From Elusimicrobiota bacterium (GTDB taxonomy: Bacteria > Elusimicrobiota > Elusimicrobia > UBA1565 > UBA9628): a stretch of DNA of 64,000 nt. The stretch spans positions 16,932 through 80,931 of the forward strand of contig DATNGC010000004.1 of NCBI GenBank assembly GCA_035606075.1. The letters are read 5' to 3'. Positions 9,838 through 19,368 of the stretch are shown in pieces (within the stretch, counting starts at the first letter, position 1; each line of letters opens with the position of its first letter). A model generated the notes under the pieces. The model ran no database searches, had not been told where the DNA came from, and saw nothing but the letters and a program-made list of their open reading frames with translations. The position numbers and the translations under genes were made by a program.

Positions 9838-9897
9838 GCGGGCCAGATGATATCAATTCGAATCCCGGGCGCGGACGCAAAGAGCTAAGATGGCTCC

Positions 9898-11151
9898 ATG
9901 CGCGGCAAAATCCCGGCGAAACCGCTCGTCTGGCTCGTGCTGGCGGCGGCTCTCGGCGGCCTCGCGGCGCGCGGATTCTACGCGAAGCGCATCTACGCGA
10001 CGGTCTATCGCCCGGATCTCGACGGCTACGAGCAGTTGGGCGACTCCCTCTACGAGCGCGGGGAGCTCGCCCTCGTCCCGGGCCAGCCCACGTCGACGCG
10101 CGAACCGGGCTTCCCGCTGCTCATCGCGGGCCTCTATCGCCTTTCCGGCGGACGGCGGGCGTGGGTCGTGCTCGCCGCCCAAGCGCTGATGTCGCTGCTG
10201 ATCGCGGCGATGATCGGGACGCTGGGGCGCGAGCTTTTCGGCGACGGCGTCGGCGCGGCCGCGTTCGCGGCCTACATGCTGTATCCGCAGTCGATCTATT
10301 ACAGCGCTTCGTTGTATCGGGATACCTTCGCCTCGTTCCTGTTCACCGCGGCCGTCTTCGGCGCCGTCCGCGCGGCGCGGCCTCGCGGCGAGGGGCGCTG
10401 GCTCGCGCTGTCGGGCGTGTCGGCCGGCGTCCTGCTGATCACGGCCACCGCCGCGGGGGTCGGCGGCGTCGGCGCCTGCGCCCTGGCCCTGCTGACCTGC
10501 GGCAAAGGCCGCGGCCTCCGCCGCGCGGCTCTGTTCCTCCTGCCCGTCCTGCTGATCTCGGGGGCCTGGACCGCGCGCAACTGGCGCCTGCAGCACCGCT
10601 TGGTCCTGGGCAGCACGAACGGCGGCCTCGAGGTCTACCAAGCGATGATGGTCGAGCCCGACGACCTCGGCACGCCTCGCCAGCTCGAGTTCCTCCGCGA
10701 CGATCCGTTCTGGAATTCCGCGCTGCTCCTGCCGGAGTCCGAGCGCAACGCCGCCCTGATCCGCAGGACTCTCGAGGTCGCGCGGGAGCGTCCCGCGCTC
10801 TACGCCCGTCGCGTCATCGTGCGCGTGGGCAAGCTTTGGCGGCTGTGGCCCTACAACCGCTCCTACGACGAGTCGTACCGCAAGATCTTCCTGATCAGCC
10901 TGCTGTCCGACGCCTGGATGGTGCCGCTCGGCCTGCTCGGCTTCGTCCTCCTGCGCCGCTGGCGCGAGGCGCCCGCGGTCTGGCTCTCGGTGCTGTGCTT
11001 GACCGCCTTCTACGCCGCCCTGCACGCGGTCATCCGCTATCGCCTGCCGGTCATGGGCTTCGTGATCCTCTCCGCCGTCGCGGCGATCGCCGCGGCCGGA
11101 GAGCGGCTGAGCGCCTCGCTCAGGGCCGCCCGGGCGCGGCCAGCCGCGTGA
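9898..11151 (+). CDS. GT-C membrane glycosyltransferase of the ArnT/PMT_2 (GT39/GT83-like) type
   Basis: 417 aa, polytopic. An N-terminal periplasmic-loop motif, TREPGFPLLIAG, is shared with its paralog at 19365-20612. Confidence 0.6.
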   Translation: MRGKIPAKPLVWLVLAAALGGLAARGFYAKRIYATVYRPDLDGYEQLGDSLYERGELALVPGQPTSTREPGFPLLIAGLYRLSGGRRAWVVLAAQALMSLLIAAMIGTLGRELFGDGVGAAAFAAYMLYPQSIYYSASLYRDTFASFLFTAAVFGAVRAARPRGEGRWLALSGVSAGVLLITATAAGVGGVGACALALLTCGKGRGLRRAALFLLPVLLISGAWTARNWRLQHRLVLGSTNGGLEVYQAMMVEPDDLGTPRQLEFLRDDPFWNSALLLPESERNAALIRRTLEVARERPALYARRVIVRVGKLWRLWPYNRSYDESYRKIFLISLLSDAWMVPLGLLGFVLLRRWREAPAVWLSVLCLTAFYAALHAVIRYRLPVMGFVILSAVAAIAAAGERLSASLRAARARPAA

Positions 11152-12832
11152 TGACGGCGTAGTCGCGTCTTTGGCGGAGCCCGTCCTGGAGCCGGCTTCG
11201 CGCCTCGGCCAGGGCTTCTGGGGAGCCGCTTTCCCTGAACTTCTCCGACGCGATCGAAGCCAGCGCGAAATCGCTGTCCGCGTTCGTCGGATCGACGGAG
11301 AGCGCGTCCCGGAACAGGGCTTCGGCCTTCGCGCGATCGCCCGACGCCAGCGCCTCGCGCCCGCTCACGAACAAGGCGCTCGACGAGTAGAGCGCGAGCC
11401 AGTAGGGGATCGCCAGCAGCAGTCCGGCGGCGGCGGCGCCCAGAAACAGCGGCTTGATCCTTCGCGCCGGCGCCTCCCTCCCCGTCAGCAGGGCCGCGAG
11501 AAGCAAGAGAAGCACGAGCTTGTTGAGGAAATACTCGAGGTTGATGTGGATCGAGGCGAAGAGCAGGATCGCCGCCAAGGTCGCGGCCACCGCGCGCCGC
11601 TGCGCGCCGCTCCGGCCGCCCGCCGCCAGCGATCGGACGTAGCGCCAGGCCAGGAAAGCGGCCGTCAAGAAGCCCGCCGCGCCCGTCTCGACGAGAAGCT
11701 GGAAATAGAACGAATGCGCGTGGAGCGTGCCGTCCACACGACCGGCTTTGAAGAACGGATAGGCCGTCGCGAAGCCGCCCGCGCCGACGCCGGTCCACGG
11801 CGAGCTCCAGAACGCGCGCGCCGCCGCCCGCCACCACAGCACGCGGCTGACGCCGAGGACGGTCGGAACATGCTGCGACGCCTTGACGCCGACGATGACG
11901 GAGAACAGCGCCGCGGCGGCCGCCGCCGCGGCCGCGAAGAGCTTCCGATGCCTCCGGGCGGCCTCCCAGAAGAAGTCGCGCTGGTAGACCAGGAATCCGG
12001 CGAGGATCGCGACATAGGCCAGCCACGAGCGCTCGGCCATCAAGATGAAGCAGCAGGGCGCGAAAACGGCGAGCCAGGCCGGCCGCTCGAAGACCTTTTC
12101 CCAGAGGACGAAGAACCAGCACAAGGCGAAGCCGACGAGGACGTTGTCGTTGATGAGCGGGGCCTCGGTCTCGACCATGATCGTGCGCTGGGTGAATAAG
12201 AGTATGCCGATGTGGCAGGCGAGCGCGGCGAGGAAGGCGGCGCGCGTCCAGCGGGAATCCTTCTTCTCGACGACGCGGACGATGAAATACAAGGCCGAGT
12301 AGAAGGCGGCCAGCAGGAGCCCGACGACGGCCAGCTGCAGGCGCAGGTTCGACATCACCTGCGCTTTGTGGAGCTCGCTTCCGGGGGCGAGCCAGGAGCC
12401 GAACCTCACGGCCAACGGGACCAGCGAGACGGCGCAGGCCGAGAGGACGCGATCGAGTTGCGTTTCGTCCTCCACGACGTTCACGAAAAGCAAGGTCAGG
12501 AGGAAGCTGAAGATCCAGATCCAAGTCTCGAGGAGGGTCGTGTTGCGGTCGTACGCGCCGCGGAATGAGAGCGCGACCGCCGCCAGGAAGGCCGCCGCGG
12601 GCGCGAGCAGGGGAAGACGGATCGGCCTGCCGTCCGCCATGCGCCCCGCGAGGAAAGCGCAGGCGAGCGCCGTCGCCCAGGCGAACTCGACCGAAGCGGC
12701 CCATACGTCGTGCGCCGCCCGCGCGGAAGCGCCGAACCACACGGCGAGGACGAGGCCGGCCCTGATCAAGAACGCGTAATGCCGCCGGTACAGATCCAAG
12801 AGGCCGGACGACGACGGGGCCGTTTCGGGCAT
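11120..12832 (-). CDS. O-antigen ligase (Wzy_C) family membrane protein with a C-terminal TPR-like tail
   Basis: 570 aa. It has multiple TM helices, a Wzy_C-like core, and a TPR-like C-terminus (AEALFRDALSVDPTNAD). Confidence 0.6.
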   Translation of the reverse strand: MPETAPSSSGLLDLYRRHYAFLIRAGLVLAVWFGASARAAHDVWAASVEFAWATALACAFLAGRMADGRPIRLPLLAPAAAFLAAVALSFRGAYDRNTTLLETWIWIFSFLLTLLFVNVVEDETQLDRVLSACAVSLVPLAVRFGSWLAPGSELHKAQVMSNLRLQLAVVGLLLAAFYSALYFIVRVVEKKDSRWTRAAFLAALACHIGILLFTQRTIMVETEAPLINDNVLVGFALCWFFVLWEKVFERPAWLAVFAPCCFILMAERSWLAYVAILAGFLVYQRDFFWEAARRHRKLFAAAAAAAAALFSVIVGVKASQHVPTVLGVSRVLWWRAAARAFWSSPWTGVGAGGFATAYPFFKAGRVDGTLHAHSFYFQLLVETGAAGFLTAAFLAWRYVRSLAAGGRSGAQRRAVAATLAAILLFASIHINLEYFLNKLVLLLLLAALLTGREAPARRIKPLFLGAAAAGLLLAIPYWLALYSSSALFVSGREALASGDRAKAEALFRDALSVDPTNADSDFALASIASEKFRESGSPEALAEARSRLQDGLRQRRDYAVITRLAAPGRP

Positions 12833-12879
12833 CCGCAGACGTTATCATTTCCCCCGCGGGCTTCCCGAGAGGAGCCGGA

Positions 12880-14055
12880 ATGCTACAATCGCCCTCCATG
12901 GCGGAGCTCGAGCTGTCCGTCGTCATCCCGGCGCTCAACGAAGAGCGCACGATCGCCCACTGCGTCGAGAAGGCCCAGAAAGCCCTCGCCGCCCTCGGCG
13001 CTCCCGGCGAGGTCCTCGTCGCCGACAACGGCTCGACCGATCGGACCAAGGAGTTCGCCGAGAAGCTCGGAGCGCGCGTCGTCCCCGTCGACGGCAAGGG
13101 CTATGGGAAGGCGCTGCGCGGCGGCTTCGCGGCCGCCAAGGGCAAGTACCTCATCATGGCCGATGCGGACGGCTCGTACGACTTCGAGCAGGCCCCGCGC
13201 TACGTCGAAAAACTCCGCCAAGGCCTCGACCTGGTCGTCGGCAACCGCTTCCTCGGCGTGATCGACGAGGGCGCCATGCCGTTCCTGAACCGGCATCTGG
13301 GCACCCCCGTCCTCACGGCCATCATGAACATGCTCTTCCGCACCGGCCTCGGCGATACGAACTGCGGCATGCGGGGGCTGCGCAAGGACGCCTTCGAGCG
13401 CATGGGCCTCAAGGCCGACGGCATGGAATTCGCCACCGAGATGCTGGTCAAGGCCTCGCTGCTCAAGATGAAGATCGCCGAGGTTCCCTGTGACCTGCAC
13501 AAAGACCTTCGCGACCGCCCTCCGCATCTGCGCCGCTGGCGCGACGGCTGGCGGCACCTGCGCTTCATGCTCTTATTCTCTCCGACTGGGACGTTCCTGT
13601 TCCCGGGCGCGCTTCTTCTTCTCCTCGGCGCTCTCGGCCTCGCCGTCGTGACCGGCCGCGACGTGCTGGCCCCCGACGCGGCCGCGTGGCTGGGCTCCCG
13701 GCACATCCTGACGAGTCTGCTGCTCTGGCTCACGGGAACCAGCGTGCTCGGCCTCGGAATCGTCGCCCAGGAAGCGGATTACCAAGAGCGCTTCGACGCG
13801 GACAACCGCCTCATCGCTTTTCTGCACAGAACGTTCAGCCTGGAGAAAGGCCTCGTGATCGGCGCGGGCCTCATCGTCGCGGGTCTCCTGGCGCTGGCCT
13901 ACTTCCCCCTCTCCTACTACTTCGGGCTGTTCCCGATGGGCGGGGAGGCCGCGCGCCTCGATTTCGCGGTGATCGCGATCGCTCTGGTGCTCACCGGCGT
14001 GCAGTGCGCCTTCGCGTCCTTCGCGCTCGGCCTGTTCTACCTGCGCGTCAAATGA
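12880..14055 (+). CDS. Family 2 glycosyltransferase (polyprenyl-phosphate sugar synthase-like) with a C-terminal membrane anchor
   Basis: The GT2 core (LSVVIPALNEE, DNGSTDRT, MADADGS) is followed by four predicted TM helices, the DPM/GtrB-like architecture. Confidence 0.8.
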   Translation: MLQSPSMAELELSVVIPALNEERTIAHCVEKAQKALAALGAPGEVLVADNGSTDRTKEFAEKLGARVVPVDGKGYGKALRGGFAAAKGKYLIMADADGSYDFEQAPRYVEKLRQGLDLVVGNRFLGVIDEGAMPFLNRHLGTPVLTAIMNMLFRTGLGDTNCGMRGLRKDAFERMGLKADGMEFATEMLVKASLLKMKIAEVPCDLHKDLRDRPPHLRRWRDGWRHLRFMLLFSPTGTFLFPGALLLLLGALGLAVVTGRDVLAPDAAAWLGSRHILTSLLLWLTGTSVLGLGIVAQEADYQERFDADNRLIAFLHRTFSLEKGLVIGAGLIVAGLLALAYFPLSYYFGLFPMGGEAARLDFAVIAIALVLTGVQCAFASFALGLFYLRVK

Positions 14056-14771
14056 CCGAGTCGCACTCGGACTTCTACGAGCGCTGGTCCGCCGCCGCAG
14101 GGCCCTACTTCGGCTGGCAGTTCGAGCAGTTCGCGCCGTACGTCGGCAAGCGCGCCGTCGACGTGGGCTGCGGATTGGGCAGCTTCGTCCCCAACTTCCT
14201 CCGGCATGGCGTCGAGGCCTACTGGGGCGTCGAGCCCGACGCCGACCTGCGCCGGCTCTTCAAGGAGCGCCACAAGGACCCCCGCGCGCACCTGACCTTC
14301 GTCACCGACGCGACCGACCCCAAGCTCGTCGACGAGATGAAGGCCTTCGGCACCGACACGGCCTTCAGCGTCAACGTGATCGAGCACATCGAGCGCGACG
14401 ACTTGGCGCTGAAGCACATGATCCAGGGCACCAAGCCCGGCGGGCACATCTGCCTGCTGGTCCCCGCGCACCCGTTCCTCTACGGCAGTCTCGACGCGCT
14501 CGACCATCACTTCCGCCGCTACACGAAGGCGACGATGCGCGACCTCGTCGCGCGCGCCGGCGGCGAGAGCGTCGAATGGGTGGACCTCTACTACTTCAAC
14601 GCCATCGCCTCGTTCGGCTGGTTCCTCAAGGGACGCGTGCTGAAGGAGACCAAGCAGGCCGACGAGAACTGGGCGGTGATGAACATGGTCCTGCCCGTCG
14701 TGTCGCGGCTGGAGAAGCTCGCGCGGCCGCCGTTCGGCTTGTCGCTGATCGCCGTCCTCAAGCGACGGTAG
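14052..14771 (+). CDS. Class I SAM-dependent methyltransferase
   Basis: The start was re-set to MTESHSDFYERW: its ATG overlaps the preceding stop (ATGA). VDVGCGLGSF is motif I. Confidence 0.7.
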   Translation: MTESHSDFYERWSAAAGPYFGWQFEQFAPYVGKRAVDVGCGLGSFVPNFLRHGVEAYWGVEPDADLRRLFKERHKDPRAHLTFVTDATDPKLVDEMKAFGTDTAFSVNVIEHIERDDLALKHMIQGTKPGGHICLLVPAHPFLYGSLDALDHHFRRYTKATMRDLVARAGGESVEWVDLYYFNAIASFGWFLKGRVLKETKQADENWAVMNMVLPVVSRLEKLARPPFGLSLIAVLKRR

Positions 14772-14781
14772 CGTCCCTCGT

Positions 14782-15597
14782 CTAGTGGGACGGACTTCCA
14801 CCCTTCTTCAGCATTTCGACATGAGACGGCCACTTGAAAGTACTTCTTGATGCTTTCACCCATCGATTCCAATCGCCGCAAGCCTGATTCCCATTTTCTT
14901 TCGTCATGTTCGGGATCTTCGTACCCGTTATCCGTCGCAGGTAGTTCTGCAAATCAGTCGCAAAGAGCTCTTCGGGCAGATCCCGAGCGCAAATCAGATT
15001 GATGACGACTCCCGGGATGGAATACTGTCGCGCGACGAAATCGAGATCTTCCGCGGCGGCCAGCTTGCTCTCGGGCGTACCGTAAAAGAAATCCTTAAGC
15101 GCCAATGCGATATTGGATTCCGGATCCGCCAACCGAATATCCTTCCGCTTATTTTGCTCCCACCAAATCCGCCAAGCCTTCACATAACTCAAAAGGTCGT
15201 CGGTGTCTTCGTCACGAATAGCGGCCTGCGGCGCCGGCGTCGCGTTCTCAAACAGGGTCGCATAAGCCGAAAGGCCGACGTCATCCAGCGCAATTCGGAG
15301 CGGCTTCCCTTCCGTGCTTCGCTCGTATTCCTCCGCGAGTACGTCGAGATAGACGGGGATATAGAGCCGTCCGTATCGGATCAGCTCTTTATGCTCCCGA
15401 TCTCGTTCCGCTTTGGGAACGCGTTTCCGGCCGGACGACAGAATCAGCGATTTTATCTTCGCGCTCTCATCCGGCGTGGGGTCGAAATGATCCGTTTGCT
15501 CGTAGAGAAGCGCCTTTCCCCTCGGGCGTTCGCCCCCGGCGATCGCGGATATCGATGTGATGAGAAGCGCGAGCATCAAGAAAAATCTGAGCTCCAT
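14782..15597 (-). CDS. Hypothetical secreted protein with no recognisable domain, in a lower-GC island
   Basis: The start was re-set to MELRFFLMLALLITSISAIAG, a signal peptide. The coding region is about 52-54% GC against a 70% background. It is the last gene of a minus-strand operon and convergent with the methyltransferase at 14052. Confidence 0.5.
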   Translation of the reverse strand: MELRFFLMLALLITSISAIAGGERPRGKALLYEQTDHFDPTPDESAKIKSLILSSGRKRVPKAERDREHKELIRYGRLYIPVYLDVLAEEYERSTEGKPLRIALDDVGLSAYATLFENATPAPQAAIRDEDTDDLLSYVKAWRIWWEQNKRKDIRLADPESNIALALKDFFYGTPESKLAAAEDLDFVARQYSIPGVVINLICARDLPEELFATDLQNYLRRITGTKIPNMTKENGNQACGDWNRWVKASRSTFKWPSHVEMLKKGGSPSH

Positions 15598-15611
15598 AAC
15601 CTTCAGCGAAC

Positions 15612-16319
15612 TCAGTCCTTCTTGCCGAACGACAGCCAAAGCCGGAGCTTCAGCAAGGTCATTCCATAATGGAAGCCGAAGCGGAGGATGCGGGCCTTCG
15701 ATTCTCCGTTCTCGCGCGGAAAGTACGCGTAGGGGATCTCGAGGATCTTCTTCCCGCTGCCCCACAGCCGGCCCATGAGCTCGGCGACGACGTCGTAGTA
15801 CAACGCCTCGCTCGGCGTGTTCTGCACGTCCTGAGCGAGATAGAGACGGAAGCCGCCCGAGATGTCGGTGAGCGGCGAGCCGAGCACGGTGCGGTAGGCG
15901 AAGTTGAGGACGCGGCTGAGCATCTTGCGGCCCGCGGGGCGCGCGTCGGAGCCGCCGGCGAGATAACGCGAGCCCATGACCACCGAGTACTTCTCGCGCT
16001 CGCGCCAGAACTGCGAGAACATCTCCATCGGATGCGCGGAGTCGGCGTCGAGAGTGAGGATCCACTTTCCCTTCGACAATGCCAAGCCTTCGCGATAGGC
16101 GTTTCCGTACCCGGGCTTCGACTGCCGGACCACGCGCGCGCCCGCGGCCGTCGCCTTCGCGACCGTGTCGTCGCTGGAGCCGCCGTCGACGACCAGAAAC
16201 TCGAAATTCGGGACGAGCGCCGTGACCGCGGGCTTCATCTTGGCGACGAACGAAGGCAGGGAATTGCCCTCGTTGAGCGTCAAAGTGAGGACCGTCAGCT
16301 CGGGGGCTTCGGCGCTCAC
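15612..16319 (-). CDS. Family 2 glycosyltransferase (polyprenyl-phosphate sugar synthase-like)
   Basis: 235 aa. GT2 motifs: LTVLTLTLNEGN, VVDGGSSDDT, LDADSAHP. Confidence 0.8.
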   Translation of the reverse strand: MSAEAPELTVLTLTLNEGNSLPSFVAKMKPAVTALVPNFEFLVVDGGSSDDTVAKATAAGARVVRQSKPGYGNAYREGLALSKGKWILTLDADSAHPMEMFSQFWREREKYSVVMGSRYLAGGSDARPAGRKMLSRVLNFAYRTVLGSPLTDISGGFRLYLAQDVQNTPSEALYYDVVAELMGRLWGSGKKILEIPYAYFPRENGESKARILRFGFHYGMTLLKLRLWLSFGKKD

Positions 16320-16690
16320 TTGAGCGGTTCGGCGAGACGGTAGGTGTCCGCCTCGTAGTTCGTGCCGTGGCGGGGACCGTACGTGATGGACAGGAACACC
16401 GTGTCGGCCAGCGCCACGACCGTGTGCGCCTCGCCCTTCGGGCTGACCGCGAGCCCGCCGGGGCCGAGGATCGCCGACCGCGTCTTGCCCTGGCCCTTGC
16501 GCGACAGATACTTGATCTTGCCGCTCACCACGTACGTGTACTGCACCGACTTCTTGTGGAAGTGGTTGCCGCGCGAGACGCCCTTCTTGGACGTGATGAT
16601 CGTGATCGCGTTGACGGGCACGTCGTCGAGGATGTCGCTGATGGTCCCGCGGGCGTCCTTGAAATCGATCTTTCGCTGAAAGACTTTCAT
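16316..16690 (-). CDS. Cupin / WxcM-like (FdtA-type sugar isomerase-like) small protein
   Basis: 124 aa with a beta-barrel signature (GVSRGNHFHK...VSGKIKY). Such proteins typically sit beside sugar C-methyl/aminotransferases. Confidence 0.55.
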   Translation of the reverse strand: MKVFQRKIDFKDARGTISDILDDVPVNAITIITSKKGVSRGNHFHKKSVQYTYVVSGKIKYLSRKGQGKTRSAILGPGGLAVSPKGEAHTVVALADTVFLSITYGPRHGTNYEADTYRLAEPLK

Positions 16691-16691
16691 G

Positions 16692-17915
16692 TCAGCCCAC
16701 GATGCGGGGACGAGGGATCGGGATGATGAACTTGCCGCCGCGCTTCGTGTAATCCTTGAGATTGGCCATGATCTCCTTGGAAAAATTCCAGGCGAGCAGG
16801 AGCGCGTAATCGGGCATCTCCTCGAGGAGCTTGGCGTCGGAGTACACCGGGATATGGCTGCCGGGCGTGAAGCGCCCGATCTTGAGCGTCGACTTCTCCG
16901 TCACGAAGTCGAGCGTCTCCGTCCCGATGCGGCAGTAGTTGAGGAGCGTCATGCCCTTGGCCGGCGCGCTGACCGCGACGACGCTCTTGCCCTGGTGCTT
17001 GAGTCCCTGCAGGAGCCAGGTCAGGTCCTTGCGGTTCTTCTCCACCGCCGCCGCGAAGCGCCGCAGGCTTTTCTCCTCGTGAAGACCGCGCGCGGCCTCC
17101 TGCTTGAGCGTTTCCTTCACGCGGCTCGTGATCTTGTGCCGCCCCGGGCGGCCGACGAAGACGCGGAACGAGCCGCCGTGGATGCTCTGCATCCGGACGT
17201 CGAAGACCTCGAGGCCGCGGCTGCGGAAGAACGGGATGAGAGGCTTGAGCGAAAGGTAAGAGAGGTGCTCGTGATAGATGGTGTCGTACTCGAGGTTCTT
17301 GATGAGGTCCAGGAAGTGAGGGGCTTCCAAGATAAAAACGCCGTCCTTCGTGAGCAGCGTCTCGAGGCCTTTCGTGAAGTCGAACAAATCATTTATGTGA
17401 GCGAAGCAATTGGAGGCCGTGATCACCGCGGCCCTCCCGTGCTCCTTGCGGATCTCCGCCGCGAGCTCCGCGCTGAAGAGCTCGTTGAGCGTCGGGATCC
17501 CGTTCTTCTCCGCGATGCGAACGATGTTGGCCGCGGGATCGATGCCCAGGATCCGCGTGCCGCGGTCCTTGAAGTTGCCGAGCAGCACGCCCACGTTGCT
17601 GCCGACGTCGATGACCAGGTCCTTGGCGCCCAGCCCGAAGCGCTCCACCGCCTCGGCGGCGAACGCGCCGAAATGCTCGCGCCCCGTGCGCGTCGTCGAG
17701 GCCTCGTACGGGTAGTCGTGCCGGTAGAGGATCTCCGGCGAGACGACGTAGCTGAGCTGGGCCAGGCCGCAAGCGCGGCACATGAGCACCTCCAGCGGGA
17801 AATAGGCGCGCGGGTAGCTGAGCTGCTCGTGGCGCAGGAACTCGTCGGCCGGGGGCATGAAGCCCAGGTCCAGGAAACGGTAGAGGTCCTCGCTCCGGCA
17901 CATTCGGCAGATCAT
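16692..17915 (-). CDS. Sugar C-methyltransferase (TylCIII/NovU-like): zinc-binding N-domain plus SAM methyltransferase plus C-methyltransferase C-domain
   Basis: 407 aa. An N-terminal CRMC...CRAC zinc ribbon, VIDVGSNVG as motif I, and the C-terminal domain typical of NDP-hexose C-methyltransferases. Confidence 0.7.
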   Translation of the reverse strand: MICRMCRSEDLYRFLDLGFMPPADEFLRHEQLSYPRAYFPLEVLMCRACGLAQLSYVVSPEILYRHDYPYEASTTRTGREHFGAFAAEAVERFGLGAKDLVIDVGSNVGVLLGNFKDRGTRILGIDPAANIVRIAEKNGIPTLNELFSAELAAEIRKEHGRAAVITASNCFAHINDLFDFTKGLETLLTKDGVFILEAPHFLDLIKNLEYDTIYHEHLSYLSLKPLIPFFRSRGLEVFDVRMQSIHGGSFRVFVGRPGRHKITSRVKETLKQEAARGLHEEKSLRRFAAAVEKNRKDLTWLLQGLKHQGKSVVAVSAPAKGMTLLNYCRIGTETLDFVTEKSTLKIGRFTPGSHIPVYSDAKLLEEMPDYALLLAWNFSKEIMANLKDYTKRGGKFIIPIPRPRIVG

Positions 17916-17925
17916 GATTCTTCCA

Positions 17926-18630
17926 TTAGACCAATTTCCGGCCTAGGACGAAAATGGAACGGCCGAAACTGCGCCCGACCAACGGGTCGAGAACGCGGCT
18001 GATGGGGAAAACGGTCCAATCGTAGAGCTTCATCGACCATGGCGTCACGTTGCCGTCGCCGATTCCCAAAAGCTTGTAGATCCACATGACCAGCCAGCCC
18101 AAAGAGTCGACGTAACGGACCTCCTCGATCTGGAAGCCGGCGGCCTGAACCTTTCGGACCATCTCCTCACGGCTATAGCGGCGATAGTGATTGACGAGCT
18201 TGTCCAATTGACCGTAAAGAGAGGGACCGGCCGGATGATAGAGAGAGATCAGCCCGCCGGGCTTGAGCTTGGAGTTGAGCTGGCGGAGGATCGCCTCATC
18301 GTCCTCGATGTGCTCGAGGACGTTCACGCTCAAAATGGCGTCGTATCGGCCCTGGAGCTCGTCCAAAGAGGCCGCGACCTTTCGCGCGAGTTTGGCGAGC
18401 ACCGGATGAAACTGTAATTCGGTCTCGACGACGTCGATTTTCTTTCCCGCGTTCAGAAAACGGCCCGTGAAATCCCCCAAACCGGGGCCGAGCTCGAGGA
18501 CCTCCCCTTGTTTGGGAAATTTGTTGGTGGCCAGCCTGAACACGTAGTCGTTGTAATGAACGAGAGAGCGCGTCGCGAGCAGATGGCTCGTGCCGAGATA
18601 CTCGGACTTGTCGAGGTCGTGGCCTTCCAT
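17926..18630 (-). CDS. Class I SAM-dependent methyltransferase
   Basis: 234 aa. VLELGPGLGDFT is motif I. Confidence 0.75.
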   Translation of the reverse strand: MEGHDLDKSEYLGTSHLLATRSLVHYNDYVFRLATNKFPKQGEVLELGPGLGDFTGRFLNAGKKIDVVETELQFHPVLAKLARKVAASLDELQGRYDAILSVNVLEHIEDDEAILRQLNSKLKPGGLISLYHPAGPSLYGQLDKLVNHYRRYSREEMVRKVQAAGFQIEEVRYVDSLGWLVMWIYKLLGIGDGNVTPWSMKLYDWTVFPISRVLDPLVGRSFGRSIFVLGRKLV

Positions 18631-18633
18631 GGA

Positions 18634-19368
18634 CTATGATTCCAGCTTGCCCGTCTTCCGATCCAGCCACACGGCTTTTCCGGACGGGATATCGCAATGA
18701 TCGCTCGCCAGTTCCAGGAATGCGGGAACGGCCTTTTCCGGAGTCTTGAGCGTCGCCGGATCCTCGCCGGCAACCGCCTCGGCGCGCATCTTCGTGCGCG
18801 TCGCGGTCGGGTTGACGGAATAAAAACGGATGCCCGCGTCCTTGCCCTCCTCGGCCCACGCCTGCGTGAGCCCCTCGAGCCCGAACTTGCTCGCCGCGTA
18901 AGGGCCCCAGCCCGCCGAGGCCTTGCGCCCCTGTCCCGAGGAGACGTTGATCACGCAGCCCCGGCGGGCGGCGAGCATGGAGCCCCGCAGGACCTCGCGC
19001 GTCACGTAGAAGGCGGAATTCAGATTGGCGGCAAGGACTTCGCTCCAGTCCGCGTCGGAGACCTCCGCCAGCGGCTTGATCGGCCCGAGGATGCCCGCGT
19101 TGTTGATGAGCACGTCGATGCGGCCGAGCTCCTTCACCCCGCCCGCGACGAACGCCGCGACCTGCGCGGAGACGGACACGTCGCAGCGCTCGGCCTTGAC
19201 CTTCGCGCCGAGCGCGCGCGCCTCGCCGGCGGCCGCCTCGAGCTCGGCCGGCGTCCGGCTGCACAGGAGGAGCGCGGCGCCCTCGCGCGCGAAGCCCAGC
19301 GCCAGCGCGCGGCCGATGCCCCGACCTGCGCCGGTGATCAGGACCGTCTTCCCCTCGAAGCGCTTCAC
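18634..19368 (-). CDS. Short-chain dehydrogenase/reductase (SDR)
   Basis: GTG start at 19366-19368 overlapping the upstream stop (GTGA). TVLITGAGRGIG is the Rossmann motif, NNAG is present, and YAASK holds the catalytic Y/K. Confidence 0.8.
   Translation of the reverse strand: MKRFEGKTVLITGAGRGIGRALALGFAREGAALLLCSRTPAELEAAAGEARALGAKVKAERCDVSVSAQVAAFVAGGVKELGRIDVLINNAGILGPIKPLAEVSDADWSEVLAANLNSAFYVTREVLRGSMLAARRGCVINVSSGQGRKASAGWGPYAASKFGLEGLTQAWAEEGKDAGIRFYSVNPTATRTKMRAEAVAGEDPATLKTPEKAVPAFLELASDHCDIPSGKAVWLDRKTGKLES

Noticed and set aside
9855-9880. TTCGAATCC (the tRNA T-loop-like motif) in the epimerase/ArnT-like divergent region
   Set aside because: No flanking T-stem complementarity and no acceptor or anticodon arms; the upstream sequence is the epimerase coding region. 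Coincidental.
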